A stretch of 64,000 nucleotides of DNA from Bacteroidota bacterium (lineage in GTDB: Bacteria > Bacteroidota > Ignavibacteria > SZUA-365): positions 11,793-75,792 of the forward strand of contig JBATDG010000075.1 in NCBI GenBank assembly GCA_049663345.1. The letters are read 5' to 3'. Shown piece after piece: positions 38,061 to 47,799 of the stretch. Under the pieces are notes generated by a model that saw nothing but the letters and a program-made list of their open reading frames with translations, searched no databases and had not been told where the DNA came from. Both the position numbers and the translations under genes were made by a program. Each line of letters starts with the position of its first letter. Positions within the stretch are counted from its first letter, which is position 1.

Positions 38061-38204
38061 GTTAGGACGTGAGGACGTGAGGACGTGAGGATCGTTAGGA
38101 CGTGAGGATCGTTAGGACGTGAGGACGTGAGGATCGTGAGGACGTGAGGATCGTGAGGACGTGAGGATCGTTAGGATCGTTAGGATGTGAGGATCGTTAG
38201 GACG
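38061..38204. repeat. 9-bp-unit tandem repeat array (GACGTGAGG / ATCGTTAGG units) ending ...TTAGGACGG
   Basis: gttaggacgtgaggacgtgaggacgtgaggatcgttaggacgtgaggatcgttagg... starts 5 nt after the S9 peptidase stop. Same family as 14183-14264. Confidence 0.85.
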
Positions 38205-38289
38205 GACATTTGATCAGCTCGATATGATGCCGTTATATTCCATGGAACAAAAAATATCGTACACTTTATTTTTATCCGGAGAGTACACC

Positions 38290-38622
38290 ATGACCGCAAA
38301 ACGCGAGCAATATATAGCATTAATGGATCCGAAAGAACGCATTGAGCGCAATCCAATTCTCATTCCAAGGCAAAAGGAAGCCCTGCGGCATGTAATGAAA
38401 AAAGGTGAAATCAGCAGCAAGATATATGCTGAACGCTTCAAGGTATCGGAATCCACTGCGCGGCGTGACCTGCAGGAACTCATCCTCGGCGGCTGGCTGC
38501 GCCGCGAGGGAGCCGGACGCAGCATCGAATATCTCCCGGGCGATCTGCTCTATGCGGGCGGCGGCGAGCAGCGGGTCCCTTCTGCCGACGGTTCCGGCGA
38601 CGGCTGCTTCAATTGCGGATAG
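38290..38622 (+). CDS. putative winged-helix (DeoR-like HTH) DNA-binding protein
   Basis: ISSKIYAERFKVSESTARRDLQELILGGWLRREGAGRSIEY resembles a DeoR-type HTH. Local GC is lower (~48%). Start chosen at ATG 38290, which is uncertain. Confidence 0.4.
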   Translation: MTAKREQYIALMDPKERIERNPILIPRQKEALRHVMKKGEISSKIYAERFKVSESTARRDLQELILGGWLRREGAGRSIEYLPGDLLYAGGGEQRVPSADGSGDGCFNCG

Positions 38623-38721
38623 TCCTCGGTATGAAGCCCTCGGATACGGAATATTACGATATGATATTCAGAAGTATGGTTTTATATTACGGGAAATATT
38701 TCCTGTAAATAAGAGCTCATT

Positions 38722-41700
38722 ATGACAATAATGCTGCGGTGCTCAAGGTGCAAGGTCGTTCTCGTTTCAGCCTTCATGTTCTTCCTCAGTCCCGCAGCAA
38801 CCTTCGCCTCGATTGCCATCGATGTCGAGGGAATCGAAGGGCTGACGCTCGAGGTGCGAGGGAATGATTACCTCGTCAGCGTCACTGACACTTTTCATCT
38901 GCACGGTATGAAAGTCAATCCTTCGGGATTGACTTTGCAGTATACAGCAGCTGACACCTCCTTCCATATCTACGGCGCGGCAGAGTTTATTCTTGGAACG
39001 GATACGCTATCGATCTCGCTCGGGGCATCTGCGAATCCGGGAATCATCATCGACGACGGGAAGCTTGTGCTGGTCGAAGTCTCCATTACCGGTGATTTCC
39101 GTTTGCGCAAGCTGCACATCATTCCCGTTGATCTTTCCTTCGACTGGATCGCCGGAAGTCATGCCTATTCCATGTACGGCGACATCACGGTAATGATCGA
39201 AACGGACAGCCTCTTCGCTACACTGGGTGATGCCGCCCATCCGGGCATCGTAATCACGGATGGCGTCATAGACACGATCGACGTCAGCATCAGCGGCAAA
39301 TTCTCACTGAAAAGCCTGGCGATCAAACCGGATTCCCTCACCTTTGTCTATGACCGTGCTGCCTCTCAATACAAGATATTCGGCAGCGTGGAGGTCGATA
39401 TCGAAAAGGATACGATTGACGCGATGCTTGGAACGGCGAAGGACCCCGGGATCACCATCACGAACGGGGCACTCGACCATATTTTCATCCTGGTCTCGAG
39501 CAAATTCGAGTTGAAGAAGCTCACCATCAAGACGGATTCGCTGGGGATTGCCTGGCAGAAAGGCCTGGCAGGGAATGTGTTTCATCTATTCGGCAAGGTG
39601 AAAATTGAAATCGAATCCGATACCATCGCCTTCGATTTCGGAACTCCGGTAAAACCAGGGCTGGTTTATAAAGACGGGAAAATTGACTCGCTGAAAATCT
39701 CGACGACCGACGATCTGCACTTCGCGGGTTTCAAAGCCGGGACGAAAAACCTGACGCTCGAATACAGCGATTCAGTATATCATATATGGGGACAGCTGTT
39801 TTTAAAGAAATTCTGGAGTGCGCTTATCGATCTGGGTACCGGACCGGGTTCCGGCGTCACAATCGATGCATCGCAGAAGCCAGCGAAGATTACCATCAAT
39901 CATGCGAAATTCGATCTGGCGGATATTGATCTGGGGCCGATAACACTGAAAGACATCGATCTCGTGCTGGATAAGAATCGCGTCCAGAGCGCTTCGATTT
40001 CACTCGAACTTCCTCCGGGCTGGGAAATCGATGCCGGCGTCGCATTCAAGCTGGTGAACAATGCCCTCGAAGTTGATTCCATCGGCATCACATGGGAAAC
40101 CGACAAGATCTCCGAAGCAATCGAAATTCCTGGGACCGGCGCATTCATCGTGCGGCTCGACGGCGGTGTCTCCGGGCTTGAAAATCCCCATGATTTCAAA
40201 CTCAACGGCGGCATCGACATCGTGTTCGGCGGCCCCTTCACTATCAAGGGGGTCGGCGAAGTATCCCTGCTTTATCTCAATGCCGGGGTAATCATCTCAC
40301 GCTCCGAATTCAAGCTCACTGCCGGCGCAATGATGGGGGCATACAAGAAAAGTGGAACATGGACTCCGGTGCTCGGTGATGGCTTCCTCACATTTGATTT
40401 CCTCTGGGGGAATTCCTACTCCATTGTCGGCGACCTGAATATTCCTTCGGATCCGTATACAATGATCGCAGCCGCTCTGTCAGCAAAGCTTTCCAGCACA
40501 GGCGCCTTCAATGCAAGTGTCAGCGTGGCGCTGCAGCTGCCGGAAGTTGTGCCGGTGATCGGGGGACATAAGTTCGCGGAGGCCGACGGCCTTGTCCACT
40601 ACGATAAGAATGATCCGAGCAGCTTCGCGGCGGGCTGGGCCAGTCTTGATCTCGGATTCTACACTGTCAGAGGCGGCATCAAATACATTTTTCAGCAAAA
40701 AGATTTCGTTACGATCGGTTCTGACGGCATCGACGACCTGAAGACTGAAAATCAAACGCTACCGGATTCCGATCCCAGATACTGGGATTTTCTTCACATC
40801 AATGTCGATAATGCCAATCCGCTCCTCATTCAGGTGAAAGTGAAATTCAAGCAGGTTTTGCCGAAATTCTACTTCGATACCTTCTATCCGATAGCCGTCG
40901 GGAAAGTGAATTATTCTCCGATGTACATCGTCTCCGGCGCTGATCTTATCAGCAGTTCGGGCATGAATCTCACAACCATTCCGACCTATACGTGTAAGTG
41001 GATTCCTCAATCCGACAGCGTTCTTTTTTATATCATGGCGCCAGGGTATGCATCGAGTTCCAGGGCCACGCTTCCCACAGGACAATACACTATCGAGTTT
41101 GCCAACAACGTCGGCGCAGATATGATCGAGAGTTACGCGGTACATAAAATATACGATGCACCGTGGGCGGTGTGGACCTACCTCTATAGCTACTTCACCG
41201 ATGCTTCCGGACCGCTCGCCAATGCGATGATCACGCCCAAACTTGGGTATCACACGCGTTCCGAAGTCTATGATATTGATTCATCAACCGTGCGCATGTT
41301 TTTCACAAAACACAGCACGGATAACGGGACTCTTCTCAAGACCGTGAACTATGCCGATTATTGGGGGACGTATCCCCCCGACGGCGAATATCTCAAGATC
41401 GAAGGCGTCGATTTCCCGACGACGCTTGCCCGGGGCGACAGCCTGTTGCTTTACCTGACCATAGACGACGGCATTAATGCGATGTACAAGTCGCCGGTGC
41501 AGCTTGCGGCTTTCCGGCCCCCGTTCAATGCGAATGTCAGCATTACCGGATTTCCTGCTTCCGCGGCATCCGGGATTGAGACTATGCTGTATATTCAGAA
41601 TCCCGCAGATAATGCATGGTACCCTGCGGACACACTGAAGCACTTCACCAATGCGGCAGGGGATGTGTCCTTTCCCTACTGTCTCAAGATCAATACAAAC

Positions 41701-41844
41701 GTCAAGTTCCAGTTTGACATCCCGATGGGATATGAAGTGGACCCGGCATCAACATATCAAAACGGGCAGGCGCTGCCGGTGAGCAATATCAATGCCGACT
41801 GCGGAAAATATGTAACGATTCAGCTGCGGAAAACGCAGAAATAG
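38722..41844 (+). CDS. large secreted protein with five ~60-aa tandem modules (hypothetical)
   Basis: Signal peptide MTIMLRCSRCKVVLVSAFMFFLSPAATFA. Repeated module G(x)A(x)(N/H/D)PGI(I/V)ITDG(x)(I/L)D(x)(I/V)xVS(I/V)SG(K/D)F(x)LK(x)L(x)IK(P/T)DSL(T/G)... five times in the first 350 aa. 1040 aa. Confidence 0.5.
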   Translation: MTIMLRCSRCKVVLVSAFMFFLSPAATFASIAIDVEGIEGLTLEVRGNDYLVSVTDTFHLHGMKVNPSGLTLQYTAADTSFHIYGAAEFILGTDTLSISLGASANPGIIIDDGKLVLVEVSITGDFRLRKLHIIPVDLSFDWIAGSHAYSMYGDITVMIETDSLFATLGDAAHPGIVITDGVIDTIDVSISGKFSLKSLAIKPDSLTFVYDRAASQYKIFGSVEVDIEKDTIDAMLGTAKDPGITITNGALDHIFILVSSKFELKKLTIKTDSLGIAWQKGLAGNVFHLFGKVKIEIESDTIAFDFGTPVKPGLVYKDGKIDSLKISTTDDLHFAGFKAGTKNLTLEYSDSVYHIWGQLFLKKFWSALIDLGTGPGSGVTIDASQKPAKITINHAKFDLADIDLGPITLKDIDLVLDKNRVQSASISLELPPGWEIDAGVAFKLVNNALEVDSIGITWETDKISEAIEIPGTGAFIVRLDGGVSGLENPHDFKLNGGIDIVFGGPFTIKGVGEVSLLYLNAGVIISRSEFKLTAGAMMGAYKKSGTWTPVLGDGFLTFDFLWGNSYSIVGDLNIPSDPYTMIAAALSAKLSSTGAFNASVSVALQLPEVVPVIGGHKFAEADGLVHYDKNDPSSFAAGWASLDLGFYTVRGGIKYIFQQKDFVTIGSDGIDDLKTENQTLPDSDPRYWDFLHINVDNANPLLIQVKVKFKQVLPKFYFDTFYPIAVGKVNYSPMYIVSGADLISSSGMNLTTIPTYTCKWIPQSDSVLFYIMAPGYASSSRATLPTGQYTIEFANNVGADMIESYAVHKIYDAPWAVWTYLYSYFTDASGPLANAMITPKLGYHTRSEVYDIDSSTVRMFFTKHSTDNGTLLKTVNYADYWGTYPPDGEYLKIEGVDFPTTLARGDSLLLYLTIDDGINAMYKSPVQLAAFRPPFNANVSITGFPASAASGIETMLYIQNPADNAWYPADTLKHFTNAAGDVSFPYCLKINTNVKFQFDIPMGYEVDPASTYQNGQALPVSNINADCGKYVTIQLRKTQK

Positions 41845-41854
41845 AGGAATTGTC

Positions 41855-43390
41855 ATGATAGCCAAGATTTCACTGTATATAACCTTGTTCCTCTGCGCTT
41901 CGCTCCGCCTGGATGCGGGCGGTCACGTTTCGGGCTCCTCCGATGCGGCGCTGCCGCCGCACAGCCTTTTCGGCTGGGCCGTTTCCGTGCAGGGCGAATT
42001 CGCTGCCATCTCTGCTCCCGGTGAGCGCGATAACAACCTCACGTCAGCAGGTGCGGTATATATCTATCGCATCCATTCAGGGAACTGGGAATTCATGCAG
42101 CGAATTGCTCCCTCCGATCCGTCGATGATGAAGCTCTTCGGCGCTTCGATCAAGATCGAAGGCCACACGCTGATCGTCGGCGCTCCCGGCGACAATGCCA
42201 AGACTGGCGCCGTCTATACCTACGCTTACAGCGGCGAATCCTGGGAAGCAGTGCAAAAGCTGGCTCCCCGCACTCCCGTGATGTTCCAGGGCTTCGGTTC
42301 GAATGTGGATGCCGCACAGGGTATCGTGCTGATCAGTTCCGTGGCGTCCGGACGCAACGACTCTGCCTCGGGGTCCGTGGCCATATACAATCCTGAATCC
42401 ATTCCATGGAAAGAAGAGGCCGTTCTGACGGCTCCGATAAAGGACGTTAACGATCTTTTCGGTTCTGCTGCCGCGATTCTCTCATCGGATCATATCCTTA
42501 TCAGTGCCCCGAGAGCCGATGGGGCGGTGGAGCATAGCGGAGCTGTGTACGCATTCCGGCGCATTGATCAAGATTGGAAGCTGACAGGATCTTTCGCATC
42601 TCCTTATGCACGTACAGACGGCCTGTTCGGCTGCGCACTCAGCGCTTCCTCCGGACGGGTGCTGGTCGGCGCGATGCAGGAACATGTAACGGACATGAAT
42701 TCCGGATCCGCATATATTTATTCGCAGAACAGCGACGGACAGTGGACCGTGGAATCCCGCATCGTACCGGATACGGTGCGCAATCAGGATTATTTCGGGA
42801 CGGCAGTTTCACTCGACGGCGAAATCGCGATTGTGGGGAGTCCGAAATGGGATATTAATAAACTTCGGCGCAACGGCGACATGGGCCGTGTGGCTGTATA
42901 TGCACGGTCCGACAGCGGCTGGATGCACACGGGGAGCGTCATTCCCGAGGATGGAAATAGTGACGATCATTTCGGAATGGCGATCGGCATGAGCGGCAAC
43001 GAACTCATCGTCGGTTCGCGATTGCATGACAATGCCGCCTCCAACGACGGGTCTGCCTACTTCTACCGGCTGGGTGAACTCTTCCCTGCGCTCACAGAAA
43101 AAGTGATACCTGCCTCGTTTGAACTGAGCCAGAATTTTCCGAATCCATTCATCTCCTCGACCACGATTCACTACGATCTACCAGAGCGCACTCATGTCAC
43201 AATCGAAATCTTTGATGCGGATGGCCGGCTGATTCGCCAGCTTGTCGATCAGGATCAGGAGGCCGGTCATCGGCAGGTCACCTGGAACGGACGCAATCGG
43301 TGGTTCGGTGTTGCGCAGTCCGGCGTCTACGTCTACCGCATCACCACACCGAATTTCACTGCTTCGCGGAAAATGGTGTTTGTGAAATAG
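41855..43390 (+). CDS. FG-GAP repeat (integrin-alpha-like beta-propeller) protein with T9SS C-terminal sorting domain
   Basis: Signal peptide. Recurring LFG(W/A/S)(A/S)(V/I)...(I/L)(I/V)GAP(G)...GAVY(I/T)Y motifs. C-terminal LSQNFPNPFISSTTIHYDLPERTHVTIEIFDADGRLIRQL...GVYVYRITTPNFTASRKMVFVK is a canonical T9SS sorting domain. Confidence 0.75.
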   Translation: MIAKISLYITLFLCASLRLDAGGHVSGSSDAALPPHSLFGWAVSVQGEFAAISAPGERDNNLTSAGAVYIYRIHSGNWEFMQRIAPSDPSMMKLFGASIKIEGHTLIVGAPGDNAKTGAVYTYAYSGESWEAVQKLAPRTPVMFQGFGSNVDAAQGIVLISSVASGRNDSASGSVAIYNPESIPWKEEAVLTAPIKDVNDLFGSAAAILSSDHILISAPRADGAVEHSGAVYAFRRIDQDWKLTGSFASPYARTDGLFGCALSASSGRVLVGAMQEHVTDMNSGSAYIYSQNSDGQWTVESRIVPDTVRNQDYFGTAVSLDGEIAIVGSPKWDINKLRRNGDMGRVAVYARSDSGWMHTGSVIPEDGNSDDHFGMAIGMSGNELIVGSRLHDNAASNDGSAYFYRLGELFPALTEKVIPASFELSQNFPNPFISSTTIHYDLPERTHVTIEIFDADGRLIRQLVDQDQEAGHRQVTWNGRNRWFGVAQSGVYVYRITTPNFTASRKMVFVK

Positions 43391-43598
43391 AGGCGCTCAA
43401 GCCGTTGGAGAAGCATGCAGTATACCGGCATCTTCGCTTGCATTAAAATCCAGAACCGCCGATATTCCATTTCAACATTTCTGAAATATTCCTTCTTCCG
43501 GCGGATCAGATGACGGGATACGTTGACGGCGTGTGCTACAGAACAGCCGCGAGATCCGGTATCCGATGCAGACGGAACAAGCAAGAGGAGAGCAGATC

Positions 43599-43997
43599 AT
43601 GAGCAATCGCATTGTGCATTTCGAAATCCATGCGGCCGATATTGAGCGGGCGAAAACGTTTTACGGCGCTGTATTTGGATGGGATTTCCCATTGTGGATG
43701 GAGGAGCCACCGTACTGGGGCGTGATGTCCGCTCCCCCCGACAGTGCGGAACCGGGCATTAACGGCGGACTCCTGCAGCGCATGGGCAGCGCTCCGGTCG
43801 AGGGGGCGGCGGTGAACGCCTATGTATGCACCGTGCAGGTAGACAGCTACGACGAGACGCATGACAAGATCCTCGCCGCGGGCGGTACGGTCGCACTCCC
43901 GAAAATGCCGATTCCCGGTATGGCCTGGCAGGGCTATTACAAGGACCTCGAAGGAAACATCTTCGGGCTGCATCAGGCAGATCCGGAAGCCAAATAA
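43599..43997 (+). CDS. VOC-family (glyoxalase/bleomycin-resistance fold) protein
   Basis: IVHFEIHAADIERAKTFYGAVFGW and GGTVALPKMPIPGMAWQGYYKDLEGNIFGL motifs of the VOC fold. Start moved to ATG 43599 behind gaggag. Confidence 0.7.
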   Translation: MSNRIVHFEIHAADIERAKTFYGAVFGWDFPLWMEEPPYWGVMSAPPDSAEPGINGGLLQRMGSAPVEGAAVNAYVCTVQVDSYDETHDKILAAGGTVALPKMPIPGMAWQGYYKDLEGNIFGLHQADPEAK

Positions 43998-44014
43998 CAC
44001 TGCAGACAGCTCGT

Positions 44015-44425
44015 GTGAATCAGAAAGACGAAGCGGAGCATGACGTGAAATCGGATACACCGAACATCAACAGCATCGACGAGTATATCGACGGATTTCC
44101 TGAAGATATCCGGAACAAGTTGTCGGAAATGCGGGCTGCCATCGGGGAGACCGCACCCGATGCCGTCGAGGTCATCAGCTACCGGATGCCGGCCTTCCAC
44201 CACAATGGCGTACTGGTGTATTTCGCGGCATATAAAAACCATATCGGATTCTATCCCACCGCAAGCGGAATTGCACATTTCGTAGACGAATTCCAGGGTT
44301 ATACCTTCTCGAAGGGCGCGGTGCAGTTTCCTCTCGACAAACCGCTGCCTCTCGCTCTTATTCGCAAAATCGTCCGTTTCCGCCTGGAGGAGAACAAAAG
44401 CGCGAAAGCAACGCCGAAAGTCTGA
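44015..44425 (+). CDS. DUF1801 (YdhG-like) domain protein
   Basis: IDEYIDGFPEDIRNKLSEMRAAI...YRMPAFHHNGVLVYFAAYKNHIGFYP is the typical DUF1801 pattern. The GTG start at 44015 is uncertain. Confidence 0.55.
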   Translation: MNQKDEAEHDVKSDTPNINSIDEYIDGFPEDIRNKLSEMRAAIGETAPDAVEVISYRMPAFHHNGVLVYFAAYKNHIGFYPTASGIAHFVDEFQGYTFSKGAVQFPLDKPLPLALIRKIVRFRLEENKSAKATPKV

Positions 44426-44481
44426 TATTCCGAATATTGAGCATCCGTCATTCCGGATTGCTGAACAGAAAGTAGGGCAAT

Positions 44482-46050
44482 ATGTGTTTCCATACGTTTG
44501 CGATGGGGTCTTCATTCGCGCGATATGAGAGCGGCGTGATTGTGCACGACTGCGTTGTGCCATCGGCACGGCCTGTCGTGGGCACGACAAATTCCTTGTA
44601 TGAAATTGACGTACGTGAATTTCTCACCAGCGAGAAAAATGCCGTAGTGAAGCAGGTACTTCGGCGTGACATGCGGCGAATGCTGGATGACGCCTCGCGC
44701 ATCCCTGCGGAGGCTCCGCTTTTCGGTGTATACAGGAGCGCGTGGGAATTCTTCCAATCCAGTGATCAGGGGTCGTTTGATTTCCGGGCCCGCGCGGTGC
44801 AGCAATTTGTCGCTCAAGCGGTCCGCTACCGCCGCGACCCCCGGCGTGATACCTGGCAATTCCCGGACGAGACTCTGAGACTTGGCCGCGGCGACTGCGA
44901 AGACATTGCCTTTCTCGTGGCGTCTCTATTGCTCGGCAGCGGCATCAGCGGTTACAATATTCGTGTCTGCCTGGGGACCGTCGAGATGAGCACGCCCCGC
45001 AGCAGGAAATCGTTCGATCACATGTGGGTGATGTACAAGGATGAGCAGGGGCAATGGAATGTCATAGAACCGCTTTCCTTAAGCGCCACCGGGGAAGCGT
45101 CTCAAAAGACGAAAGCACCAGGAAAGGGTGCAGCCGCTGCTCCCATACTTTCATATATCCCCGAGTTCGGATTCAATGTCGATCATCTCTGGCAGTACGG
45201 GACGGCGCAGAAAGCCTCCTTTCAGGAGCGGGCGGAGCTGCGGAAGGAGTGGGTGCGTTTCGAGCCGCGCTTTGCCGGCTTCGTCCATCAAAGCCTCATT
45301 CACGACGCCCTCGCAGCGCGAGCGGCTGCGCATCCGCTCCTGCTGAACTTGCTGAACCAGGAATTCACTGTATTCCTCGGTGATCCGGCGAACACCGTCG
45401 CTGAGATCGATCTGCCTTGGAAATACCATCCGTTCGATCATTTCGATAATGGATACATCTCCGAAAGCTGGTCCCGGGCGCGTCAGCGTTTGGAGAGATG
45501 CATGGACCCGGCGAATCGCGAGATGGTGCGGGACTTCTCCCGCGCTGCGCACGCCATCGCCGATTACTATGCGCACACCTCCTATGCGCATTTCGCACAA
45601 CGGGATGCACAGGGTGCGCTCCTGCTTGCGAAGGACGATCTCTGGAGCGACACGGCGCTCGCCCGCTGGCCGGATTACAGCAACGGATCCGATTTCCCGA
45701 TCAATGATTTCCGTCCCGCAACTCCATGGCAGGGACGGGACTCGCAGCGGGTAGCGGTGTGGAATGGCGCCTTGCTCAGCGGGCGCTGGCGGCTTCCCGG
45801 AGATTTCGGCACCCCGCCCGAGGCTTCGCTCTGGGCTACAGAGCAGCGTGACAGGAGAATGCGCTACAGGATGGCTCTCCCGCATCACGATGAAATCGCA
45901 GTGGACAAACCGTCTGCCAATGGCGGCAGCAACGGACTTTACGATTCAGCGACCTTTGACGCGCAATACACTCTCCGCTACGATGCCGCCGTTCGCCACG
46001 TCCGCTGGGCCTTCGCACATTACGGAAGCGAACTGGAGAAGCTGGGGTAG
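44482..46050 (+). CDS. fusion protein: N-terminal transglutaminase-like cysteine-protease core plus C-terminal zinc phospholipase C / S1-P1 nuclease-like domain (hypothetical)
   Basis: N-terminal half: RLGRGDCEDIAFLVASLLLGSG (Cys), HMWVMYKDEQGQW (His), Asp downstream. C-terminal half: His/Asp-rich motifs HPFDHFDNGY, AHAIADYYAHTSYAH and LPHHDEIAVDKPS, reminiscent of Zn-PLC/P1-nuclease metal ligands. No signal peptide seen, and the start is uncertain. Confidence 0.45.
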   Translation: MCFHTFAMGSSFARYESGVIVHDCVVPSARPVVGTTNSLYEIDVREFLTSEKNAVVKQVLRRDMRRMLDDASRIPAEAPLFGVYRSAWEFFQSSDQGSFDFRARAVQQFVAQAVRYRRDPRRDTWQFPDETLRLGRGDCEDIAFLVASLLLGSGISGYNIRVCLGTVEMSTPRSRKSFDHMWVMYKDEQGQWNVIEPLSLSATGEASQKTKAPGKGAAAAPILSYIPEFGFNVDHLWQYGTAQKASFQERAELRKEWVRFEPRFAGFVHQSLIHDALAARAAAHPLLLNLLNQEFTVFLGDPANTVAEIDLPWKYHPFDHFDNGYISESWSRARQRLERCMDPANREMVRDFSRAAHAIADYYAHTSYAHFAQRDAQGALLLAKDDLWSDTALARWPDYSNGSDFPINDFRPATPWQGRDSQRVAVWNGALLSGRWRLPGDFGTPPEASLWATEQRDRRMRYRMALPHHDEIAVDKPSANGGSNGLYDSATFDAQYTLRYDAAVRHVRWAFAHYGSELEKLG

Positions 46051-46124
46051 TGGAGCTGCGGCTTTCCGGTATCGCCGGCAGGACGGCCTTTCCCATTTCA
46101 CGCATTCAATTGTTCGAGGGATAT

Positions 46125-46514
46125 ATGCAGATAAAATTCGTCAGCGTCATGGTCGAGGATCAGGCGCATGCACTGGAGTTCTATACAACCATTCTTGGTT
46201 TCGAGAAGATGGCGGATATCCCGATGGGCGAGTATCGCTGGCTGACGGTCATGTCTCCCGACGGAGTCGCCGGCGTGGAACTGGCGCTCGAACCCGTGGC
46301 CTTCCCTCCGGCTCGAATATTTCAGAAAGAACTGTACGAAGCGGGTATTCCTGCCACTGCCCTCATCACAACGGATATCAGCGCGGAAGTTGCACTGCTC
46401 AAATCCCGCGGCGTCGTTTTTCGCGGCGAGCCGGTGAACATGGGACCAATAATCGCCGTGATGTTCGAAGATACCTGCGGCAACCTCATACATCTGGTTC
46501 AGTCGCTGATGTGA
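46125..46514 (+). CDS. VOC-family (glyoxalase-fold) protein
   Basis: MQIKFVSVMVEDQAHALEFYTTILGF...VMFEDTCGNLIHLVQ. Start moved to ATG 46125. Confidence 0.65.
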   Translation: MQIKFVSVMVEDQAHALEFYTTILGFEKMADIPMGEYRWLTVMSPDGVAGVELALEPVAFPPARIFQKELYEAGIPATALITTDISAEVALLKSRGVVFRGEPVNMGPIIAVMFEDTCGNLIHLVQSLM

Positions 46515-46639
46515 TGTACTAAACTCGCAGCTTGCCTGCTGCAGCAGCAATGATATGAGAAATCTTGGCCGCATTGTGAAGCTGAAGATCTCAGCACATT
46601 TTCGATGGGAAAATTGTTCTGCAAATCGCATTTTCGTGT

Positions 46640-47722
46640 ATGGCACGGAAGCTTCCATTCGCACTCATTATTGTCCTTGGATTCGCATGCGCATCCCTGC
46701 ATGCTCAGGTGAAAAGCGTCGCTGCAGAATGGCTGCAGACGGAGAATGCGTCGGTAGAGAGTGCGCAAATTGGCAGTGCTCAAAACGACCGCGTGCAGCC
46801 AGGCAGTACACCAAAGGAAGGTACCCAAACGTACAGTGCACAGGGGAGCGTGCGCACAGCTTCGATCGGATTGGATAGCACGTCCGTCGATTCCAGCGCA
46901 ATCAGTTCCACCATGCTGTACACGGCGATAGGACTCGAGGCCGGGTATTATCTCACCGCGATGACAGTGCTGCGGAATACCTGGTACCGCGGCCGGAACG
47001 TTGTTCCGTTTCATTTCTACGACGATACTAAGGGCTATCTGCAGGTCGACAAGTTCGGCCATGCCTTCGGCGCCTACATCGAAAGCTACATAGGATACCA
47101 TCTGCTGCGTGATGCAGGGCTTTCCAAAAGCAATGCGCTGATTTTCGGCGGCTCGCTCGGACTCATCATGCAGACGCCGATAGAAATCATGGACGGCATT
47201 CACGAAGGCTGGGGATTTTCCTGGGGAGACATGGCCGCCAACACTCTCGGATCGGCGATAGTCGTCGGACAGGAACTGCTCTTCGATCAGCAGCTGATGA
47301 AGTGCAAATTCAGCTATTGGGAATCGAGCTATTCGCGCCAAGCTAACGGTTATCTCGGACAAACATCCCTCAACAGAATTCTCAAGGATTACAATGCACA
47401 CACGTATTGGCTTTCTGTTCCGGTGAAAAGTCTGCTGCCGACAAGTGCGCTCCCGCCCTGGCTCTGTGTTTCTGTCGGCTACGGCGCGAATGGGATGTTC
47501 GGGGAATACGAGAATCTGCGGGAGTATGAAGGCGTCACCATTCCCGAAACCAGGCGCTACCGGCAGTACCTGTTTTCGCTTGATATCGACTGGACGCAGA
47601 TCCAAACGGATTCGCCCGTCCTGAAAGCGATACTGACTGGTCTGACTTTCATCAAACTGCCGTTCCCTACCGTCGAATTTACTTCGACGGGCGATGCGCG
47701 GGGACACTGGATATATTATTAA
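46640..47722 (+). CDS. DUF2279-like lipoprotein (hypothetical)
   Basis: Signal peptide MARKLPFALIIVLGFACASLHAQ. DKFGHAFGAY motif as in DUF2279 proteins. The DUF assignment is from memory and not verified. Confidence 0.45.
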   Translation: MARKLPFALIIVLGFACASLHAQVKSVAAEWLQTENASVESAQIGSAQNDRVQPGSTPKEGTQTYSAQGSVRTASIGLDSTSVDSSAISSTMLYTAIGLEAGYYLTAMTVLRNTWYRGRNVVPFHFYDDTKGYLQVDKFGHAFGAYIESYIGYHLLRDAGLSKSNALIFGGSLGLIMQTPIEIMDGIHEGWGFSWGDMAANTLGSAIVVGQELLFDQQLMKCKFSYWESSYSRQANGYLGQTSLNRILKDYNAHTYWLSVPVKSLLPTSALPPWLCVSVGYGANGMFGEYENLREYEGVTIPETRRYRQYLFSLDIDWTQIQTDSPVLKAILTGLTFIKLPFPTVEFTSTGDARGHWIYY

Positions 47723-47799
47723 ATTCCTGCAGTGTTATTGTACCACCCTCGTATGAAAATCCGCGAAAGCCGCCGTGGCAGTTGCCCTGAAAGGAAATA

